Shown piece after piece: positions 55,897-64,000 of a stretch of DNA of 64,000 bases. The stretch is taken from positions 3,968,001-4,032,000 of the forward strand of contig CM022673.1 of NCBI GenBank assembly GCA_012295275.1, given 5' to 3'. Numbering within the stretch: position 1 is the first letter of the stretch; the number at the start of each line of letters is the position of its first letter. The notes under the pieces are model-generated. The model saw nothing but the letters and a program-made list of their open reading frames with translations. It was not told the origin of the DNA and searched no databases. This DNA comes from Chrysomallon squamiferum. Lineage: Eukaryota; Animalia; Mollusca. Made by a program: the position numbers and the translations under genes.

Positions 55897-56110
55897 ATAT
55901 AACATGCATTTGTAACTAACACTAGAAAATATGAAGAAAAAAAAATAATAATAAATAATAATAATTAATAGTATAGTGAAAGGCTCTGATCAAAATTTTA
56001 CTTTCTGATCAATTTTGTTTATAAAATAAAATATTGTATAAACTATATTAAGCAGCCATGCACTTTTACGAACGTAGGTTGGCGTCACTAGGTAAACACA
56101 GATAAATACT

Positions 56111-56156
<46 letters not shown>

Positions 56157-56261
56157 CCATTAACTAGTCTATTTCTTATGTTAACTAATCTATTTCATTA
56201 TGTTTATCTGTATATATCATTGCATCTGTATGTGTGCGTGTGTGTGTGTGTGTATTTTGGA

Positions 56262-56297
<36 letters not shown>

Positions 56298-57847
56298 AAA
56301 ATATACACTCACACACAAGAAAATAAGATTAGTTAATATCAGTTATAATTTATATATACATGCACATACACACGGTAAAAAAAAAAAAAAATTAAAAAAT
56401 AATTTATATATACATGAACATATAAACACGGATACTATTTAAACTGGGTTCGAATGAAAAAAAAAAAAAAAAAAAAATTATCAGGTGAATAAAAAATGAA
56501 AAGAAAAGATTTATGTAGAAATATCAAAATTATAAAAAATGATGTTTGTCAGTGATACTATTTAAACTGGGTTCGACGGAGGGGTCGTGATGACTGTTAG
56601 TGCAGCTGACCTGGATTCTGACTGTTCAGATATGCGAACCCTATATAATGTTTGTAAGCATCAGGTGAATATCTTGATAGATATTTAGATGAAAATCTTG
56701 AAACTTAGATTAATAATTTGTTAGCACCTGACGGAGGTGCTAGGAGTTACTCCGAAATTTTTACCTTTTTTATGTAAAATTTTAAAAGAGCTACATTTTT
56801 TTTTTTTTAGAGAAATATTTTGTTTCACTTGTTCTTAAATTAATGATGTTTTTGTCTATTTTAACTGATATTATTTAAAACCAACCGACTATAATGGAAG
56901 AAAATATTTGTTATATATTTATGATTGTTTAATTTAACATGTTAACTATTTTTTGTTTTGTTTGTTATGATTTTAAATAATGTGTCTTTAAAATCAGCAA
57001 ACTGAATATTATTGAAACATGTCTCATGAAAAAACAGGGTTACAATTAATATATATAAAAGACATTTTACAGTAAACAAATCTGATTTGGGAAAAACAGA
57101 ATGGATTGATTCATTTCAACTGAATATATTGTCATCTAAAATTTCATCTCAACATGATATTTTGCCATTACCACTGAAATAAATAATATAAAAATGTTCA
57201 TGAAAATCTGTACAAAAAATGTTCAGAAATGTATAATAAATATCACAAATAAACCACTGAAACATCTCAGTCTCATGGGCTGTTGCATTGTCATCTAAAA
57301 TTTCATCTCAACATGATATTTTTGCCATTACCACTGCAGTAGCAACATTCAGTTTGGTTTCACAGTGTATTATTATAAATAACAAGGAATTCATCCAAGC
57401 TTCTCTTGCTATTAAATCTAATTATGTAGTTTTGGTACAAAGAAAACTTCTCTAAATAATTTATTCAGTATCCAGTATATATATTGAATCTTTAACATTT
57501 TTTTTTTCTTTTTTCTTTCAAATTTCTGGTTAAAAAGTAAACTTCTTCTGTAAACATGATATTAATTATACAAAGTTCTTGGTTTTGGGTTTTTGTTGTA
57601 ATTGTTGTTGTTGCTGATCTTTGTATTATTATTATTACTAATGTTATTAATAACCATATGGTAAAGAATTCTTCATTTCTAATTTAAAACAATATCTGTC
57701 ACAATTCATATAAAACAATATTACCGATCATTCAACAACAAATACAAAATACAAGTAGTAGCAATAAAAGTAATAATATAATATTAATAAAAGCACTGAT
57801 GAAAATAATAATAATAATAAACAAGGTTATTTGTAGAGTGACTTCGA

Positions 57848-60800
57848 TTATCTGAATTTTTTTCTCAGTTCTCTTGCCTCTTCCTCCATTGATTCTTCTG
57901 ATCTTAAATTCCTCCTTGTTTCCATATCTATTTCAGCATCATGCTTCTGCAACTGTCAGAAATAAAAGTATAGATCTTTTAAATTTCCAACAGACAAGTT
58001 ACAGAATATTTTTGTAAATATTTAAATAAAACATTAACTAACATTTACATAAAAGAAAAAAGAACATTAGCAACAATAAATAAAAGCAGAATCATAATCA
58101 TGATAATAGCCATTTTATTATATCTATAAACTTTTAAACGACTTACATTAGCAGAAAATGAGCATATTAAAGCAGAAAAATCAAAATAAAATTCTGTATT
58201 AAATAAATAATATAAAACTGGTGTTTAAACAGAAAATAATATGAAAGAGAAAATTAGGTTTTTTTCATCATTATTTATAGCACCAATTAATATTTTATCT
58301 ACATATTCCCCACATACACTGGAATGGTATAGGAAATTGTGCCATAGTTTTGAACAAAATTATGATAAAATGTCACCTCATAATATATATCATCATTTTT
58401 CTCAAAGTCACCAGGTTTTCTTGGTAATATATGAACATGTACATGCTGCAAATAAATGATTACAAACAATAATTTTTTAAACAGTAGGATTTTGTTTCAG
58501 GATAAATAAGTGTATAAATGTCAATTTAATTTTACAACTTAAATTATTTATTAAAATATATTTATAATGCTAATCCTGAAAACAACAAATCCACAAGCAC
58601 TTTACCTAAATAAAAAATATATATAAATAAACAAAATGAAAAAATGAATAATCCACACAAATTTCCTTATACAGATATTAAATATATATTAATGGATATA
58701 CATTTATCTGAACTGATAGACAATGGTGATAATAATTTAAAGAACAAATAATAATAATAATTTACTAATAAACATACTTTTACAGTTTGCCCAGCATCAG
58801 CTCCATCTTGTATTGCTATGGTTAGAGCAGTGGAACTATGGTGCTTCTCCATCACAGAGGAAATTCTCTGAACAGCAGAAAATACATCAGCAACTTCTGC
58901 TGAAGTCAGCTCAGCAAACCTCTCAGCAGGTCTCAATGATGTCACCAAAACATCTGAACATTTGTTAAGTCATACACACAACTCTGATTCTTTCAGTTTT
59001 GAACAATATAAACTGTATATTTGAATACAAAAACATCTGAACATTTGGTAAGTTATAAACACATCTTTAATTCTTTTATATTCAGTATGTATAATATATT
59101 TGAATACCAAAACATCTGAACTTTTGTTATACTGGGGGGTTTTTCAGTTTAAGTTTGGATATATATAAATACTAGAACATATGAACATTTGTCAATTCAT
59201 AAACACATTTCTATGGCTTTTAGTTTCAAGGTGTGTGAGTTTGTTTATCCATACCTGGATTAACTGGTTACTCTCATATGTCTTAAGATATCAGCTTAGA
59301 ATGATTAGCACAGCAATGCTATGCTGACCTGCAAAGTCTCCATTTGATCTGAGCAGAATAAATCTTATATCTTAGAATTGTAACTGGTCATTTCTTTCAT
59401 CCTGCAATCTTGAAAAATACAAAAACTAAACAAAATTAACTGATTTATTTCTGAACTAACCGTTCTTGAGAGTTGTAGTTACATGTATACTGATTTCATT
59501 TTCACCTAAAAAACTAAACATCAAAACAAAATACTTCTTGAATAACAACAATGTTTCAAAAACTGTTTTTAAAATGATCTTATAAGAACTAAACCAGAAA
59601 CAAGATTATATTGAGATATATTTCAACTGTATTCTTGTGAACTTACACTTCCTTTTCACAAAAAATCAAATAAGACAAAATTTGGATATATGCAGAATAT
59701 GTTTCATCTATTTTCTCAAATCATTAAACGTACAGTTTAATGTTTACAATGAATATATATTCATTTAGTAGATAATAAATAAAATGTATATGGTTGTTCA
59801 GCAGTACTAAATGTTTACATCAAAAAGTAACTGATAATGAAAAAGGATACGCCCAGGGACAACTGGTTTGATGTTAACAAAAGCATAGGACAATGCTGTC
59901 TTGTAAAAAACATGGGCTGACTTGATTTCATATTGGCCAAACTTGTAAGTCTCTTGACTGTCAATATTATCTGTGAATATATTATTCAGTTAGAATTAAT
60001 AAGTCAAACAAACACACAAAAATCTCTCATGTTACTATTGTCATTCAAGTATACTGTCTACTGAGACAACAGATTTAAACAAAACACAAAAAGTAATCTG
60101 CATACATTATAAAAACGTCTTATGTTGGTAAGAAATATTTATACGTATATTGAGTTTACTTAAAAAGCAGTTAAAGATTGAAATACACTTTACAGATATA
60201 TAAATATGTTGAGATGCACTTGTACAAAAAGTAAATCTTGCTGTTACATTAAATCAATAAGGCTATTTGATATTCTGCGTGTGTGTGTGTGTGTGTGACT
60301 GTGCATGCATGTATATGTGATTAAGTGACCTGTCTAAAACACTAATATATGTAGACATTTATCCCTTTCTGAAAATTTTCTTTCATCTGAAATATGTTAA
60401 GCAAGCAGAATAATAAACAAATATGTGTAGTGTTTAAAGCCAATAATAATATTGTCAGTATATGCAATGTATACATTTTTTACCATTGGCTGATGTGACT
60501 ATGTGGCCGTACAAATCATGTCTGCGATGCTGCCAAAGTGGCATTTCATGGCGAATCTTCATCAGATAATCTAGATCTATTTCAGCAGTGCAGACATCTG
60601 TACCTTCTTTACACTGAGCTATCACACATCCCCAAGGATCAACTATCTACAACAAATGCAAACACATTAATACTGACATAACCGCAGATTAAGTATTTAT
60701 AAGACCCAGAAACACACAATACTGACTTAATCATAGATTATCTTTTCAACCAATAAACAGGGATTAGTATTGAGATTACCCAGATTAACTATTTACAACA

Positions 60801-63357
60801 CACATAAACACATTAACATTGAGTTTACCACAGATTAACTACTTACAACACATAAATACTGACTTGACCACAGATTATCTATTTACAACACACATAAACA
60901 TATTATACTGAGGTTACCACTGATGAACTAACTACAACACACAGATATGTACATTAATATTGAAAACAACATATTAACTGTTTACAAAACATAAAATCAT
61001 ACGTTAATAACGAGTTAAACTGTCAGTATATTTACCATGGCATGACCATACGAGGACCTTTTTGCATTGTGTCTGCCAGTTTGTGCTGCAGCAATCACGT
61101 AACACTGAGTTTCTATAGCCCGGCTACGAAGTAAAACCTTTAATAAATAATTAATAACAATTACATCAGTACATATTTGAAAAGACAGTAACTTAGAAGA
61201 AGTAACAAGCACAGTGAATATAAATATCTAATGGATTTTTATTAAAACAGTAAAATAATTACTTCAAGGATTGACAGAGTTATCTGATGTAGGGTTCTTT
61301 AATGTTTAATAACACCATAAATGTATTTAATTAACATTGTGGAGATTATTTATTCTTCATTAACATTTCACCAAATTATTTATCTTTCGGTGTACAGAAA
61401 TGATGTCATATTAATTTTTTTCTTGAAATTGTTTTAATTATTATTTATCTCCCAGTATACAGATATAATACTGAAATTATTAATTCTTTATGAAAAGTTT
61501 AACCAAAGTAATAGTAATTTATCTCCAAGACAGACATAATATTGATATTATTTATTTTTCATGAAGAATTTTGACATAATAATTCTAACTGACCTCCCAG
61601 TGTGCCATGCCAGTGGTTTGTGTGAATGCAGAAGGAAAAGTCAAAATATCTGCTCCCTGCTGTGCCAGTGCTATTGACATCTCTGCGAACCTCAAATCAT
61701 AACACTGTCTACATATTAAGGTGTGCCACCTGACTTAGTAATATTGTTACCAAACTGTAAATTATTACACACATCCTATGTCAGTTAATGGAACACAGTA
61801 TATTTGTGATGCTTAAAAAAAAAAAATAGGTCATATTTATACAGTATAAAAAGCATTTGGAAACATAACTGATGCTGGGAATATTTTGCACTGTACTAAT
61901 ATTCAAAAAAATAAAGTACTTTTAAAAGATATCATAGCACCATTAGCATACTTCTACTATTTAGTATTTAGTCTAATGATTCAAAAAATATTTTAATATG
62001 TTGGTTATAAACAAATGAAAATGACTAACCAAGTAGTTATCATATTTGTTGAAAACATTTTTGCAAAAATAATGGCCTTGTTTAAGAATTTTACACAGAA
62101 TTAATGATAAAATAAATAAAAAAGTGTATTTTAATTCAGTGTTAATATTCAAGGATACAGTTGCCAGCCCAACTTTACCAACAGGTGTCTCCACTGGTGG
62201 TGTTATCTGCTTTCCCGGGATGGTGTAGTCACTCTCACTCAGCCTCACCTTACCAGCAATGTCAAGGTCAAACAGATGGCTTTTGTTATATGTTGCTTTT
62301 ATCTTACCATCACTGCTGATAATTAAATGTGTGTTTAAAACTCTCTTTTCGGTGTCTGATACCTGAACATACAAATAAAAAATAAAATAAATAACCAATG
62401 ATTAAGATCCTTAGCTTTCTCCAAAATTTCTTTGCAAAAACCAATGCCAAAACTTTGTCAATACTTTTTCAAATTCAGTATTTTTTTCACCATTAATCTT
62501 CCTTTACCAAATAACAAATAACAAAAGCTTGAATGAAAAGTATTAATAATATTACAAATTACATATGCATCTTAAAACAAACCTTCTGATGAATTCCACC
62601 AATAGAAAGCCACATCCCATTATCCACTGCAGCTTGCTTGAACTTTGACACTGTGCTGCCCTCTAGTGGCTCAGCCATTTGTACAGACAAATCTTTAGAT
62701 TCAGCAATATAATCACATGCTTCGGGTAAAAATACCATCTAAAAATATTAATGAGAAACCTTAATCAAAACATGTTAAAGGAATCCAGTTTTAAGAAATA
62801 TTACCAAGTATAATTTATTAAATCTAGCTTTGTAAGATATGTTTAAAAAAAATGAAAAGACAATCTGTTCTGTTTATTTTTAGTTTTGAAATGTTTCTTA
62901 AAGTTTATATACATTTTATATGTTATTTTATATAACATTACTTTGATTCATTTGATGTTTGTATGTGTATATATATGGTTTGTTTTATTAAAAAATGCTT
63001 CAGAATTACCTTATTTTTAATTTGAATTACATTCTTATTAGTTGTGCATAGCCTGAATTCAATCCTCTAGTTAAATATGTGCAAAATACTTATGTGATTA
63101 AATCATATCTAAATTAACCCTAATTCCTCAATTACATTTATGTATAAATATACCTTAGCACCTCTCATCTTTGCTTTTTTTATAAGACTGATGCAAGTCT
63201 CAAAGTTTGTGGTTCTGTCACCAGTACTGGTCATCTGACAGACTGCAACAACAGGATTCAGTTTTGACAATGTTGCCATTTTTCTTTTTTGTCTATAAAG
63301 ATGTGTGACAAATTTTTGTAATTTTCTGCCTGCAACTGTGACACTAACAGCACTCAT
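57848..63357 (-). CDS. NitFhit: Nitrilase-fragile histidine triad fusion protein (Nit1 deaminated-glutathione amidase + Fhit diadenosine triphosphatase), 10 coding exons, ~469 aa
   Basis: Exons (minus strand): 63357-63154, 62738-62583, 62362-62159, 61704-61594, 61137-61036, 60646-60484, 59970-59851, 58953-58778, 58445-58377, 57952-57848 (TAA); 1410 nt in frame. Nitrilase triad: [21 protein letters not shown]. Fhit motifs: [33 protein letters not shown]. An upstream exon is implied by the acceptor at 63394-63395. Confidence 0.96.
58954..59850 (-). other. U12-type (minor spliceosome) GT-AG intron in the Fhit domain
   Basis: Donor GTATCCTTTT; branch site GACTTAAC ~10 nt before AG; no polypyrimidine tract. 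Confidence 0.85.
60655..61000. repeat. Degenerate ~40-50 nt intronic tandem repeat (ACATTAATACTGA.TT.ACCACAGATTAACTATTTACAACACA-like)
   Basis: Several repeated units visible. Confidence 0.7.
61705..62158 (-). other. U12-type GT-AG intron in the Nit domain
   Basis: Donor GTATCCTTG; branch site CACCTTAAT ~10 nt before AG; no polypyrimidine tract. Confidence 0.8.
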
Positions 63358-64000
63358 TGACAATACAATCAAGATCCCAGTGACACGTTGTCTCTGAAAG
63401 GATACATTTTATAACTCAAGAGCATATTCTTTATTGCAAATATGTCATACTTAAGTTCCAATTCTTAATGATGATGATGATAATGATACAAATAATGATA
63501 ATGATAATAATAAATATGTTTTCTCACTCTCCACAAATGGAACCCATTTTTTTTTATATCCCATCACTTGACAGTTTGCTCCCCAATATACATTTATCAA
63601 TCCTTCATGCTGCATGCAGCTATTACATACAGTTTTAAAAAAATACAAATATGTATGTTAGGATTCATTAGTAACTACAGGTTTTTTTTATTTATTTATT
63701 TTATTTTGTTTTTCTGTATATCAGATCTGTGACAGTTCATTTATAGGACGCTTGTTCCGCGACATTCGTTTAAAACGTAACAGTTCTTTATAATTGTGTG
63801 GTCTGTCATCAAACATTATAACAGGTTTTGAATTTATCTGGGATTAAAAAATAATGTGTTTTCAAACTTAATTCTGCACTTCAAGAATGAAGGATAACAG
63901 GCAGAGTAAACGAAACTACTTCGTGGATTTTGAATATTCTTCTTTTTTTTTCTTTTTTTATGAAATCAAGAGCATTTGTTTGACAGCTGAACAATATTTA

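Noticed and set aside
63394-63405. GTATCCTTT on the minus strand resembling a third U12 donor
   Set aside because: It lies directly within the acceptor (GTATCCTTTCAG) of the first coding exon; most likely a coincidental part of the pyrimidine tract.

Overview
AT-rich, microsatellite-rich animal DNA; an invertebrate, most plausibly a mollusc or other lophotrochozoan (inference). I reconstructed five intron-containing genes by hand with phase-consistent splicing: FAM117/GLCCI1-like (-), UMAD1 (-), RPA3 (+), a bacterial-type D-3-hydroxybutyrate dehydrogenase SDR (+, one GC-AG intron) and a NitFhit fusion (-, two U12-type introns). RPA3/UMAD1/GLCCI1 are arranged as I recall them at human 7p21. 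Between the BDH and NitFhit genes (~36.8-56.1 kb) lies a young tandem segmental duplication. It holds repeated BDH terminal exons, hAT transposase remnants and four copies of an exactly 141-nt, gap-free cassette. The cassette differs by about 23-26% in the two pairs counted, while a flanking stretch differs by about 3%. This hypervariable cassette is the most unexplained signal. Most entries in the ORF track are low-complexity noise.
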